A stretch of 64,000 nt of DNA from the sequence record LC739536.1. The stretch is one strand, 5' to 3'. How positions within the stretch are numbered: the stretch's first letter is position 1; the number at the start of each line of letters is the position of its first letter. The notes beneath the pieces are model-generated. The model made no database searches and was not told where the DNA came from. It was given only the letters and a program-made list of their open reading frames with translations. Origin of the DNA: Escherichia phage phiWec187. The position numbers and the translations under genes are program-made. Below, in pieces: positions 47,237-56,902 of this stretch.

Positions 47237-47792
47237 TATCTTCTCCTTTACCTACTTTCAAGCCTAAATAGAAAGCCTCTCTAGTGATTTTTTGCAACTC
47301 GTTTAAAGAGATAGTTACAACTAAATCATCTTCAATTTCTAGCTTTGAGTCTTCTTCTGTCTCAATGCAAGTATTATGCACTTTGTGGTAAGGATTGTCA
47401 ACACGTTTAAATTTATTATTTTCAGTGCTGAAGAAGCAATCTGGATCTTCTTCCACATCACCCCAACCCTGGTTAGGATCTTCTTCAGATCTTTCTGTTG
47501 GGATCTCACCTGTAAAGTGCTCTTCTAATACCAGAGCAATCCCATCTCCAGGATCGGAAGAGAACATCAAATTACAAACTTCTTCCCAAGGCATAGACCA
47601 CTTAAATCTTTTACGATTGCCATGTTTATCTTCTTCGTTAGAGAAAACACTACCATAGCTATCATAATTCCCATACATCTCTTCGACAACCTTACCACCT
47701 TTCAAAAGAAATAGGTAGCAAGGAGAGCCATCGAAAGAGGTAGAAAGAGCAGCATTACCAGACTCTTTGCACAAGAAACTAAAACACCCCAT
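47229..47792 (-). CDS. hypothetical acidic protein
   Basis: 187 aa ORF within the Ter-like cluster. Confidence 0.3.
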   Translation of the reverse strand: MGCFSFLCKESGNAALSTSFDGSPCYLFLLKGGKVVEEMYGNYDSYGSVFSNEEDKHGNRKRFKWSMPWEEVCNLMFSSDPGDGIALVLEEHFTGEIPTERSEEDPNQGWGDVEEDPDCFFSTENNKFKRVDNPYHKVHNTCIETEEDSKLEIEDDLVVTISLNELQKITREAFYLGLKVGKGEDSA

Positions 47793-47992
47793 TATACACC
47801 AGCCTTAAGATCAATTAAAGCCAAAGTTGTTTCAGAGTGTGTTTGCTCGTCTACAGGTGCAGTCATATGATAATACAAAAAATCTTCGGCATCATACCAA
47901 TCTGATTCTTGACCTTGTTTCCAACCATCAATGAAAGCATCTTCCATAATGGTTTGCAATTCTTCACGAGTTAAGTGAATATCTTTACTCAT
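47792..47992 (-). CDS. hypothetical small protein
   Basis: 66 aa ORF. Confidence 0.25.
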   Translation of the reverse strand: MSKDIHLTREELQTIMEDAFIDGWKQGQESDWYDAEDFLYYHMTAPVDEQTHSETTLALIDLKAGV

Positions 47993-48225
47993 TACACATT
48001 CTCCTCTTTTACCAAGTCCATCGTTGAACTATCAAAACCATCTTTAGAAGAATAGGTATAGACAGAACGTAGTTCTCGCAGGACAGTGAATACATTAGGA
48101 TCATCTAACCAAGCATCCTGGAGGAGAACATAACGATCTTCATTGTCATACTGAACAGCAATCATAGAACCAGACAGTTTGTAAATTTTAATATTCATAA
48201 TATATTTCTCCTTAAAGTAGACCAC
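47992..48225 (-). CDS. hypothetical small protein
   Basis: 77 aa ORF. Confidence 0.25.
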   Translation of the reverse strand: MVYFKEKYIMNIKIYKLSGSMIAVQYDNEDRYVLLQDAWLDDPNVFTVLRELRSVYTYSSKDGFDSSTMDLVKEENV

Positions 48226-49315
48226 GTTTAACAGTTTGAATCATACCATCTTCAAGAGATTGCACTTCTTGAATGTAATCAATACGCGCAGCACGGGCTT
48301 CAGTGTTGATTCGGTTAGTTTCTTCCAACATTTTAACTAAGTTTTCTTGATCGCGACGTAATGTTTCAATATCCAATACTTGACGATTAGCAAGTTGTGT
48401 AGCTTCAATTTGGTTTTGTGCAGCCAGATCACTACCCATTGCAATAGCAGCATTAAATTCATTCAGCACATTGTTCTGTGTATCGGCTGCTTTCTTCTGG
48501 CGTAGACTTTCAATATACATAGAAAAGTTTGCAGAGTAAGCAGGGATAACATTATTCACAATATTACGGGCTGATCGCATCAAACTTGCAGATACTTTCT
48601 GCATACTTTGTACACGTGGCCCCATCTGAACACACAGTAAACGCAAGGCTTTCAGGTCTGCAATACGAATTTCAAGCAGATCCATAGTATCACGAGTACG
48701 TTGACGCTCTTCTACTTCATTTTCAGGTAGTGTATTAAGGCGAACTTCTTCTTTTTCATAAGTAGCTGTTAGAAGCTCTATATCCCTGTTTAAGCTAAGA
48801 GCATATTTTGCAATAGCCTCTTCTAAACGTTGCAGATATCGTAAAGAATCTTCTTCTTTTTTCAAGTCTGTTTGTAGTGTCTTTACCAAACCTTCAATAC
48901 GATTATTGATGGTGTCAAATTCACCAAACAAATCTTCTTTCATACCTAATACTTTCTTAACCAGTTTACCTAAGCCTTTAGATTGTTTAATAGAGTTAGG
49001 ATCAAGTTGCTTTGCTTGCTTAATAAGTGCAGTTAAACGTTCACTCATTTCATCCCCCTGAGATGAACGCTGGTGTTTAAGCACTTCAGCATTAAGGTTA
49101 CGAAGAGTAAGTCCTGCATCAGCACCAACTTGTTCAATCTCTTCACGAGACATTGGAGGCAGCATTTGTACAGGTCGTGCAACAGCAGGGGCATATACAG
49201 GGCTTGCATCCATAGCACTTGGAGCAAACAAAGACTTACTTTTTTCTGTTGTTGCCGTGAATACACTCATTTCAGACGGTTTGCTTTTTACGGCACTGAT
49301 AAAAGGACTGGACAT
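48212..49315 (-). CDS. TelA-like toxic anion resistance family protein
   Basis: 367 aa, largely coiled-coil, with size and architecture of TelA/KlaA; context with TerD and TerC; no single diagnostic motif. Confidence 0.45.
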   Translation of the reverse strand: MSSPFISAVKSKPSEMSVFTATTEKSKSLFAPSAMDASPVYAPAVARPVQMLPPMSREEIEQVGADAGLTLRNLNAEVLKHQRSSQGDEMSERLTALIKQAKQLDPNSIKQSKGLGKLVKKVLGMKEDLFGEFDTINNRIEGLVKTLQTDLKKEEDSLRYLQRLEEAIAKYALSLNRDIELLTATYEKEEVRLNTLPENEVEERQRTRDTMDLLEIRIADLKALRLLCVQMGPRVQSMQKVSASLMRSARNIVNNVIPAYSANFSMYIESLRQKKAADTQNNVLNEFNAAIAMGSDLAAQNQIEATQLANRQVLDIETLRRDQENLVKMLEETNRINTEARAARIDYIQEVQSLEDGMIQTVKRGLL

Positions 49316-49383
49316 TCAATTTCCTCCGTATTCTTTAGTAGATGGTGATACCTCTGTACCACCATCATAACACAAATTAAGTA

Positions 49384-50235
49384 TTAAACAAACATATCTA
49401 AATAATTTGTAGTAATAAATGCTCCATCTGCTTCCAGATTAACATAACCAGTAGCATTAGTGGTTAAGAAATCCAGATCGAAGGACTCTTTAACACCCCG
49501 TACCTCAACACGAGAGATATCGAATACAGGTAGTGTAACAGCCTCTTCGTGCAATACCGTACCTTTGTAGGTTGCCTTAATGATAAACTTGATATTACCC
49601 GTTCCAGCATCATACAAAACACTTTCAAACCCTTTGAGAGTATACTTATCACCAGAAGTGAAGTGCAAAGTTGCTTTGTTTACAGTACGTTTTTTACGAG
49701 GAGTTCCTTTCACACGTTTATGATCACTACGTTTTTTGTATTTAGGAATGAATACAAACGATACATTGTGAAGAAAGGTATCAACATCAAGGATTTTAAT
49801 ATCCTCTGTTGCAGCAAATTTTGAAGTTGTTGCATCAAAATGCTTTTCCCGGCGATCATACATAAAGATATCAAACCGATCTTCTAAATCAAACAAATTA
49901 TGTATTTTAATTTCAGAATGCTTGCGCATTGCAGCAACCTTGAACTCTTCAAAACGTGGGTGTTCTACAAGTTCTTCAAGTTTTACACCAAAGACAGTAT
50001 ATTGCTTCGGAGTTTTTTCTGGTGTTGGCATTACAGAAGCATAATCACCGATTGCGCTCTTAAAGCAAAATTGTTCTTGACCTGTATTTTTACCAACGAA
50101 TTTACAGTATTCGTCATCGTGCATACTTTCCTGGGTAGTACCAACAAACTCAAAACCATCTTTATTCTTCTCAAGAATTTCTTGATTAAAGATCCAACCT
50201 TCCAGGCGATATACTTTACCAACTTCTAGTTTCAT
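49384..50235 (-). CDS. hypothetical protein
   Basis: 283 aa ORF between TelA-like and lipoprotein genes. Confidence 0.3.
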   Translation of the reverse strand: MKLEVGKVYRLEGWIFNQEILEKNKDGFEFVGTTQESMHDDEYCKFVGKNTGQEQFCFKSAIGDYASVMPTPEKTPKQYTVFGVKLEELVEHPRFEEFKVAAMRKHSEIKIHNLFDLEDRFDIFMYDRREKHFDATTSKFAATEDIKILDVDTFLHNVSFVFIPKYKKRSDHKRVKGTPRKKRTVNKATLHFTSGDKYTLKGFESVLYDAGTGNIKFIIKATYKGTVLHEEAVTLPVFDISRVEVRGVKESFDLDFLTTNATGYVNLEADGAFITTNYLDMFV

Positions 50236-50270
50236 CTGTTTCTCCTTCTTATTTAATCTGTATTAAATTA

Positions 50271-50861
50271 TTAACGACGACGTGAGCTACTAAAACTACG
50301 TTTCGACGAAGAATAACTTTTCGAAGACTTACTATAAGAGCTAACAGGACTTGAGTAAGACTTACCAGCAGAGTAATCACTATTCACTTTTGTTGTTGAT
50401 GGGCGTGAATACGTTTGTACACTTTGCTGCTTAATTGTGTTTTGTTTAGTGGTTGTATATGTATTTCCTTGTTTATCATAAAAACTATGCTTTTGTGTTG
50501 TATATGCTTTACTATTAGTTGTAGGAGCAGCGTTGTTATTGATAATTGTTGTATTGCTACCGCCATCTCTATAACCACCACCGCCACTATTACCACTCAA
50601 CATATGACCAAGAAGCATACCTGTAGCGAACTCACCTACGCCAGAAGAACCACTGCCGCCTCCTTGAACAACAACTGTTGAAGGTTGTGCAGGTGCTGCT
50701 TGAACAACTTGAGGTGCAGGCTGATTTACATATTGTTCATCTACCATCTGATTTGGTGTTTGTTGGTAACGTTGGTTTTGTACATTTTCAGAATCATCAC
50801 AACCTACCAGCAATGCACTACCTAATACAACTGCAACAATAAAAGATTTAATGTTTTTCAT
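50271..50861 (-). CDS. lipoprotein with Gly-rich and Ser/Tyr-rich low-complexity regions; start re-assigned to ATG at 50861
   Basis: signal peptide with lipobox LLVGC; GAGAGG-type RBS upstream of the second ATG; C-terminal SYSSPVSSYSKSSKSYSSSKRSFSSSRRR. Confidence 0.45.
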   Translation of the reverse strand: MKNIKSFIVAVVLGSALLVGCDDSENVQNQRYQQTPNQMVDEQYVNQPAPQVVQAAPAQPSTVVVQGGGSGSSGVGEFATGMLLGHMLSGNSGGGGYRDGGSNTTIINNNAAPTTNSKAYTTQKHSFYDKQGNTYTTTKQNTIKQQSVQTYSRPSTTKVNSDYSAGKSYSSPVSSYSKSSKSYSSSKRSFSSSRRR

Positions 50862-51093
50862 TTGTAACCCTCTCATTTAAAGTCTCAACACAATTTTTAA
50901 AATCTCTAGAGAAACAATACATCTGTTCTCCGTTCCTGTTGATAGTAATTGTATGGTTATCAATATATGTTGTCAAGATAAAAATCAAACAAAACAACCC
51001 TAGAGCAAAACAAATATTTTCAAACAGAATCCAAAGAACACGTAAAACCACCATCAGATCACCTCAATAAAGCCCCCGAAGGGGCTTAATGAA

Positions 51094-52071
51094 TTAAGCA
51101 ACAGCCTGGTCTTCTTTTTCAGGGAAGATTAAACTTGCAATAACACCCAGCCCAAGAGTACCTAACACAATATACATACTGATCGTCGGATCAATGTGTG
51201 CTGGTAGGAAACTCACTTTTGCGTGCAGAGTTTCTGCAAACGGATGATACATCAGTTTTACACCCACAAATACCAGGACTACGATAACTGCTTTCTCCAG
51301 ATGAACCAAATACTTCAGTGCAACACTAAGAACAAAGAACAGAGCACGTAAACCTAAGATAGCACAGAGCATCGAAGAGAACACCAGCAGAGGTTCTTGT
51401 GTCACTGCAATCACTGCTGGAACAGAGTCTACTGCAAAGATTACGTCAACCATTTCCATTACAAACACACAAACCAGAGCCGGAGTTGCTACACGAACAC
51501 CATTTTTGATTGTGAAGAACTTCTCACCATCCATCTGATCAGATACAGGGAACAGCTTACGAACAATGCGAGTAGCCCAGTGTTTAGAGTAATCAACTTC
51601 TGCATCATTATCTCCAGCGAATACCATTTTAGCCGCACAGAAAAGGATGACCGCACCGAAGAAGATATTAACATACCAGCCCAAACTCAACAAGTAAGTG
51701 CCTACTGCTACAAACACACCTCGGAAGACAATCGCACCTGCAATACCCCAAAGTAGAATCTTGTGCTGCAAGTGTGTGCTTTTAATACCAAAACTTGCGA
51801 ATACTGCCACAAATACTACTAAGTTATCTACAGAAAGAGATTTCTCCAACACATACCCACTTAAGAACAAGCTCGCAAAATCAGCACCGTGTTGGAAGTA
51901 TACAAAACCATAGTAGGCTAATGATACCCCAATCCAGAAAATTGACCAGCCAATTGCAGATTTAAATGAAATTTCTTTGTTTTCTCTGTGTCCAAAGAAA
52001 TCAATACAAATCGACAAGACTAAAATACCCACTAAAACAACCACATCAATAATTGGGAAACCCAGTTGCAT
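51094..52071 (-). CDS. terC: TerC-family integral membrane protein
   Basis: 325 aa polytopic membrane protein; YVLEKSLSVDNLVVFVAVF matches the conserved TerC block. Confidence 0.75.
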   Translation of the reverse strand: MQLGFPIIDVVVLVGILVLSICIDFFGHRENKEISFKSAIGWSIFWIGVSLAYYGFVYFQHGADFASLFLSGYVLEKSLSVDNLVVFVAVFASFGIKSTHLQHKILLWGIAGAIVFRGVFVAVGTYLLSLGWYVNIFFGAVILFCAAKMVFAGDNDAEVDYSKHWATRIVRKLFPVSDQMDGEKFFTIKNGVRVATPALVCVFVMEMVDVIFAVDSVPAVIAVTQEPLLVFSSMLCAILGLRALFFVLSVALKYLVHLEKAVIVVLVFVGVKLMYHPFAETLHAKVSFLPAHIDPTISMYIVLGTLGLGVIASLIFPEKEDQAVA

Positions 52072-52148
52072 TCTTTTCTCCTCTTTAATGCGGAGGACAA
52101 TCCTCCGCTCTATGTCTTATACTATAAACTGTTTTTAAAGAAAGTCAA

Positions 52149-52397
52149 CTAGTTCAGTTCTGTAATTTTAAGTTTATCTTCTTTGTTAATGATAGGGAAA
52201 GCTACAGCATCACCTACATCATCAATAAAGCAAATAGCAAGACCACCTTCCACTTTGCTAACCTGACCATTAAAGGCATGATACGGGGCAGGAACTTCAT
52301 CTCCATCTTCAATGAGAATAGCCTCGTAAACCTTGCCGATAGTACAATCACGGGTGTTTATAAATTTTTCAAGCACTTCAACATTTACTTTACGCAT
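52149..52397 (-). CDS. hypothetical small protein
   Basis: 82 aa ORF. Confidence 0.25.
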   Translation of the reverse strand: MRKVNVEVLEKFINTRDCTIGKVYEAILIEDGDEVPAPYHAFNGQVSKVEGGLAICFIDDVGDAVAFPIINKEDKLKITELN

Positions 52398-52411
52398 ATA
52401 AAGATCCTCTC

Positions 52412-52618
52412 TTATTTGTTAGATTGAAAGATACCACGGAGTACCGCAAGAATGAACGTCACACAGACTACACTCCAAAACGTTACAGGAACATGATGCC
52501 AGTCTAAGCCGATAATGTCAATCATATAATTGTATGCTAAAAGCAGTAGCCAACTAGGGATTAACACAATCAAGAACACAACAATAAAACAACCTAATAC
52601 TGCTAAAACACCTGCCAT
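52412..52618 (-). CDS. small membrane protein
   Basis: 68 aa, two hydrophobic helices. Confidence 0.3.
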   Translation of the reverse strand: MAGVLAVLGCFIVVFLIVLIPSWLLLLAYNYMIDIIGLDWHHVPVTFWSVVCVTFILAVLRGIFQSNK

Positions 52619-52627
52619 ACTTTCTCC

Positions 52628-53344
52628 TTATTTCAGTTTGTAAACAATTACATTTAAACCTTTGTTTACTAGAGTTTCTTCGATCATAAGTTTTACAATA
52701 TTCCAAGAACCTCCAGCCAAACCACAACCAAGCATTGGTAAACCTACAATTTTACCGCCTGAAGATACAACATCGTCTCCCATACTATCTAGCGCATTGT
52801 AGATAGCTTCATAATTCAGGTCACGCTTACCTTCCTCACGACGACTATAACCATATTGTCCATATAAATTATAAATTGTCAAATTGTTTTCTGTATATTT
52901 GGTAAACGTACCTAATTTTTTATAATCACCACGTTTAGTGGCACAATCTGCTTTAAACGCACCAGGCCACTTGCTTTTAATTTTTGGTGCAATACCACTA
53001 CCCATAGTGCAAAAACAGTTACAGCAGTGTGCTATAGCGTCTATATCGCCTCTCTCGGCTGCTGCTAAAAGATCACCGTATACCTCAATGATACCTGCTG
53101 GATAACTTGTTACAATTTCATCTTCCCAGTACATTTTCTCTACACCACCGATCAGTGCAAAGTTTTGTGTAATGCGATCATCAATATAGTTAAGCCCTGA
53201 AACATACACAGCGTATTCATCCTGTGCTGTAATACCTTGCACACGAATTCTTAAGACACCATCTTTATCTGTTGCTACACGCCCAAAATCTTTTTCTGTA
53301 ATATTGGTGATAGGATCTCCGAAAGTCATTACTTTATTAGACAT
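52628..53344 (-). CDS. macro-domain protein (ADP-ribose binding/processing); start re-assigned to ATG at 53344
   Basis: IAHCCNCFCTMGSGIAPKI and C-terminal LGCGLAGG resemble macro-domain blocks; ORF track start lies inside the upstream gene. Confidence 0.5.
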   Translation of the reverse strand: MSNKVMTFGDPITNITEKDFGRVATDKDGVLRIRVQGITAQDEYAVYVSGLNYIDDRITQNFALIGGVEKMYWEDEIVTSYPAGIIEVYGDLLAAAERGDIDAIAHCCNCFCTMGSGIAPKIKSKWPGAFKADCATKRGDYKKLGTFTKYTENNLTIYNLYGQYGYSRREEGKRDLNYEAIYNALDSMGDDVVSSGGKIVGLPMLGCGLAGGSWNIVKLMIEETLVNKGLNVIVYKLK

Positions 53345-54194
53345 AATAATCCCCTTTAACATTAGATTTGTTGATAATGTTGCTTTCAAAAAATTGACGT
53401 AGGAAATCAAAGTTCTCTTTGTATTTTTCAATGTTATTGTAACCTTCTGCAAGGCAACCAAAGAACAGTTGTTCTACATAATACAAAGGAAGTTGTGAAA
53501 GTGCAATTTTAAAATCAACTTCGCTTTGACTCATTAGATACTTAATAGGACGAACCAAACATTTAGCATCAGTTTCTTGCTTAATCATTTTAATAAAAGC
53601 TGCCAGATTATTGATATAGTTGAAGTTAAGTGCAGCTTCGGTATTGGCTTCTGTACCTTCATACTTTGCAAAGTACAGGAAAAACGTATCGTTTTCAACA
53701 CCTTCTTTGTCTAAAATTTCAATAAGTTTTTCTTCGTGTGTTCCTGTAATATTAACATCATCAATGAAAATCAGAGTTTTATTACCCCAGAAATCACGAT
53801 TGATAGAGAAAGTGTCACCATCGATCAAAGCCTTACGATCTTCTTTGCTAAGAAATCCATAATCATTGATATAACTCACTTTACGATGAACGATATCCCA
53901 CTCCACTGCTTTACCTCCTTTGATAGAGATTAGGTAGTTGAGGTGATCTACAAAATGCTCAGATAACACTGTAGCTGCATTTTTCACATAATTATATGGA
54001 GATGGAATAACAACAAAACTTTCATTTACTAGTCGTTCTTCATATTTAGAAAAGAAACTTTCAGCTAGAATGCGTCCCATTCTTTTTGCTGCCTGGTTAC
54101 TGCCAAACTTTAGTTTGGAATAATCTGCAATGTTAAATTTTGCTTCCTTCAGGTTAGTAAAAGTATTAGCAAAATGTTGAATTTGATTACGCAT
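53337..54194 (-). CDS. phosphoribosyltransferase-domain protein (type I PRTase fold)
   Basis: 285 aa; TLIFIDDVNITGTHEE matches the PRPP-binding motif (hydrophobic x4, DD, xxTG) of type I PRTases. Confidence 0.55.
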   Translation of the reverse strand: MRNQIQHFANTFTNLKEAKFNIADYSKLKFGSNQAAKRMGRILAESFFSKYEERLVNESFVVIPSPYNYVKNAATVLSEHFVDHLNYLISIKGGKAVEWDIVHRKVSYINDYGFLSKEDRKALIDGDTFSINRDFWGNKTLIFIDDVNITGTHEEKLIEILDKEGVENDTFFLYFAKYEGTEANTEAALNFNYINNLAAFIKMIKQETDAKCLVRPIKYLMSQSEVDFKIALSQLPLYYVEQLFFGCLAEGYNNIEKYKENFDFLRQFFESNIINKSNVKGDYYV

Positions 54195-54843
54195 TAATAA
54201 GTTCCTCTTTTTTAAGTTTAGCCAACAAGTCTTCTGGATTAATAATATGACAGAACTTCATCCCTATGTCAACAGCTTTTCCATCATAAATCAAACTATC
54301 TCCAACGTGTAAAATCTCCTCTGGTGCGAGATCAAACGTTACCATTTCATCAAAAGAGAGTTTAAAAAACCTAGGATCTGGTTTACACAAGCAAAACTCA
54401 TCAGAAAAATGCATAAAGTCAAATGGTAATTTTGTTAAGCCAGAATATACAGCTAAGAAACTACCTGGTACAAAATTAGTATTGCTCTTAATACTCAAAG
54501 AATAGGTTGAACTTAGCTCTTCCAACTTCTTGCAAAGTTCAGGGTTCAATATTGGAGGATGTTTTATAAACATTGCTAAACAGTCTCTTTTTAACCCATC
54601 CACTTTATCAAGATCAATGTTCAAACGAGTAGAAAGTGTTTCCCAAGCATTCCTAGACGTTCCACAAATGCCTTTTTCTGCTTTTAAATCCAGGAGAGTT
54701 TTTACCTCTTTATATACGGTAGCTGCTTCTGCCTCAGAACAAGAGGCATACTCGGCAATAACCTTGTTGCGTTCTTCTGCATACAAAGGATTAGCAGTAA
54801 TAAGAGTATTCCATACATCAAAAGAAATATGCTTAACAGTCAT
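54187..54843 (-). CDS. HAD-superfamily hydrolase/phosphatase; start re-assigned to ATG at 54843
   Basis: motif I FDVWNTL (DxYGT-type variant) and motif IV VGDSLIYDG; GGAGG RBS 7 nt upstream of ATG 54843. Confidence 0.55.
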   Translation of the reverse strand: MTVKHISFDVWNTLITANPLYAEERNKVIAEYASCSEAEAATVYKEVKTLLDLKAEKGICGTSRNAWETLSTRLNIDLDKVDGLKRDCLAMFIKHPPILNPELCKKLEELSSTYSLSIKSNTNFVPGSFLAVYSGLTKLPFDFMHFSDEFCLCKPDPRFFKLSFDEMVTFDLAPEEILHVGDSLIYDGKAVDIGMKFCHIINPEDLLAKLKKEELINA

Positions 54844-55012
54844 TTTTAATCCTCCGTCCAAAAGAATATCATCTGCTTAATTTTATTGATCTCTTGATGT
54901 AGTAACTTTCCAGCATGTGATTGATCTTTAATATTGACAGCAAGAATTTCAAGCTCCGTTAGTTTTTCCTGTATAGCTTTATATTCATCATCTGTAAGCA
55001 TTTTCTTCCCCT

Positions 55013-55216
55013 TTAGAATGGTAATCTTTGTATGTCACTTATCCCCACACCAAGAAGTCTAGCAATATCCTTATCTAAAAGCAACTCTTTTTGTTCTAAA
55101 ATGTTAATCAGATCCCCTAATACTTCTTTAATGTCACGATCATTTTTAACAACGTGACCACCTGCTGTATCAACTTTATCTTTAAAAACAAAGTAATGAT
55201 CCATAATACCCTCCAT
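55013..55216 (-). CDS. hypothetical small protein
   Basis: 67 aa ORF. Confidence 0.25.
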   Translation of the reverse strand: MEGIMDHYFVFKDKVDTAGGHVVKNDRDIKEVLGDLINILEQKELLLDKDIARLLGVGISDIQRLPF

Positions 55217-55250
55217 ATAAATAAAGGAGGCTTTCGCCTCCTTTTATCAC

Positions 55251-56411
55251 TTAGTAAGAACGACCACCAAACACATACTCTGTGTAGTTTTTACGTTCTT
55301 TGTTTTTAATAACAACTTCAATGTTGTTGCCTTTATCATCGGTGAACACAAAGTGATAACCGTCACCACCCATTGTACGGATGTGTTTTTCATCATACGT
55401 CAGCAAGATACGGTCTACACCCCAGTAGTAGTCACCTTCTTCGTCTTTATCTTCTACGGTAACGACTCCTTCCATTTCAGGAAGATGCTCTTCTCCTGAC
55501 TTATGATCTACAGCTACAACATAACGATTACCGCTAAACAAACCTTGTGCTGTCATACCGTCAATATCTGTATCTGACGAAACATCTCCTGTACGATCTA
55601 CACCGTTAACTTTCAGAAGTTTAACTTCTTTTGCAGCATAGCGGTGTTCAGTAATACTGATACCCATTAATGCAAGTGCATCAGAGAATTTGTCATTAGG
55701 GTAACGGTTAAGTTCTTCTACTAATGACTGAACAATATCAAAGTTCAAGTCCACGGAAAGATTATAAAGCGTTTCAAAATCTGGTAAAAAGGCTTTGTTC
55801 TCCAGATTTTTAGCCAGATAGTCATCCATAGTAGCTTTAGGTAGTTTCTTATAGCTAAAGCTGTAGAAAATACGGCTAGGACGATTACGCAAAAATTCTG
55901 ATACATAACCATCGTTTTTAGTCAATACAAACAGCTTGTCGTAGCCACCTACACCATCCAGCAGGGTAAGCAAGCCATCCTGTGCATCTTTTTCAGCATA
56001 CAGTTTATCAAATTCATCGATCATAATCATCACAGGTTGTGTGATTTTAGACATAAAATTGATAAAGCCTTCGCCATTAAAAGCACTACCGATAGAAATA
56101 GTAGGAATACCCATTTCACGAAGAGCAGAAGACAGCATTTTAGCTTGCAAAGTTTTACCGCTACCCTTCGTACCCTCAAGGAGAACACCTGTGTTTTTAC
56201 CTTTGCGGCTAAGGAACGTCTTGATAATACGTTCTGATTTATCATCAGTATCACCGTATGTTACTGAAGGGACTTCCATATCGTTTTTAGGATACAGGAA
56301 GAACTCACCACTTTGAGTAACACCTACACCAAAAGTTCCTGCTGGAATTTCTTCAATATCTGTACCAGACTTCTGACGCAGGAAGATTTGATTGCCGAAT
56401 ACTGTAAACAT
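55251..56411 (-). CDS. AAA-type ATPase of unknown function
   Basis: 386 aa; Walker A GTKGSGKT and Walker B VMIMIDEFD; GAGGAG RBS. Confidence 0.55.
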   Translation of the reverse strand: MFTVFGNQIFLRQKSGTDIEEIPAGTFGVGVTQSGEFFLYPKNDMEVPSVTYGDTDDKSERIIKTFLSRKGKNTGVLLEGTKGSGKTLQAKMLSSALREMGIPTISIGSAFNGEGFINFMSKITQPVMIMIDEFDKLYAEKDAQDGLLTLLDGVGGYDKLFVLTKNDGYVSEFLRNRPSRIFYSFSYKKLPKATMDDYLAKNLENKAFLPDFETLYNLSVDLNFDIVQSLVEELNRYPNDKFSDALALMGISITEHRYAAKEVKLLKVNGVDRTGDVSSDTDIDGMTAQGLFSGNRYVVAVDHKSGEEHLPEMEGVVTVEDKDEEGDYYWGVDRILLTYDEKHIRTMGGDGYHFVFTDDKGNNIEVVIKNKERKNYTEYVFGGRSY

Positions 56412-56431
56412 AGTTTTCTCCTCTATTTAAT

Positions 56432-56902
56432 TTAGTCAGATTCCCAAATGTTGTCTTTCTTAATCCACATTCGTTGATTATCTGAACCTCTATAACGTTT
56501 CGTTGTTGGTTGATTCATATCATACTTACCATCTATCACTATGTCAACCAGTTTTTTAATTTTTTCTGGAATTTCCTCAAAAAGATATCCTGTATATAAG
56601 ACAATATCTTTTTTGTTTCCAAAACAATCTCTTACCTTCTCAAGAACATACTCTACAGTGTCAATGTTCTCTTTGTCAAGAGGTTCACCACCTAAAACTG
56701 TTAATCCTTTAATGAAAGGTCGAGATAAATCTTTCAAGATAAGATCTAATGTTTCAGTAGTGAACTCTTGTCCGTGGTTATACGACCAGGCTTTCTGGTT
56801 AAAGCAGCCACGGCAACCGTGGCTACAACCGCTCACCCACAAAGAGCATCTTACACCGTCACCGTTGAGCATGTCAACAGGTTCATATCCGGCGTAATTC
56901 AA
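56432..56902 (-). CDS. nrdG: anaerobic ribonucleotide reductase activating protein (radical SAM)
   Basis: 156 aa; CSHGCRGC radical-SAM cluster motif; start overlaps the nrdD stop. Confidence 0.8.
   Translation of the reverse strand: MNYAGYEPVDMLNGDGVRCSLWVSGCSHGCRGCFNQKAWSYNHGQEFTTETLDLILKDLSRPFIKGLTVLGGEPLDKENIDTVEYVLEKVRDCFGNKKDIVLYTGYLFEEIPEKIKKLVDIVIDGKYDMNQPTTKRYRGSDNQRMWIKKDNIWESD

Noticed and set aside
52088-52108. Hairpin gcggagga / cctccgc upstream of terC as a terminator
   Set aside because: No U-tract on either strand; more likely an RNA stability or processing structure, so not listed as a terminator.
53345-53461. 5' extension of the macro-domain ORF as given by the ORF track
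   Set aside because: Overlaps the PRTase gene by about 125 nt; an internal ATG at 53344 gives translational coupling with an 8-nt overlap.
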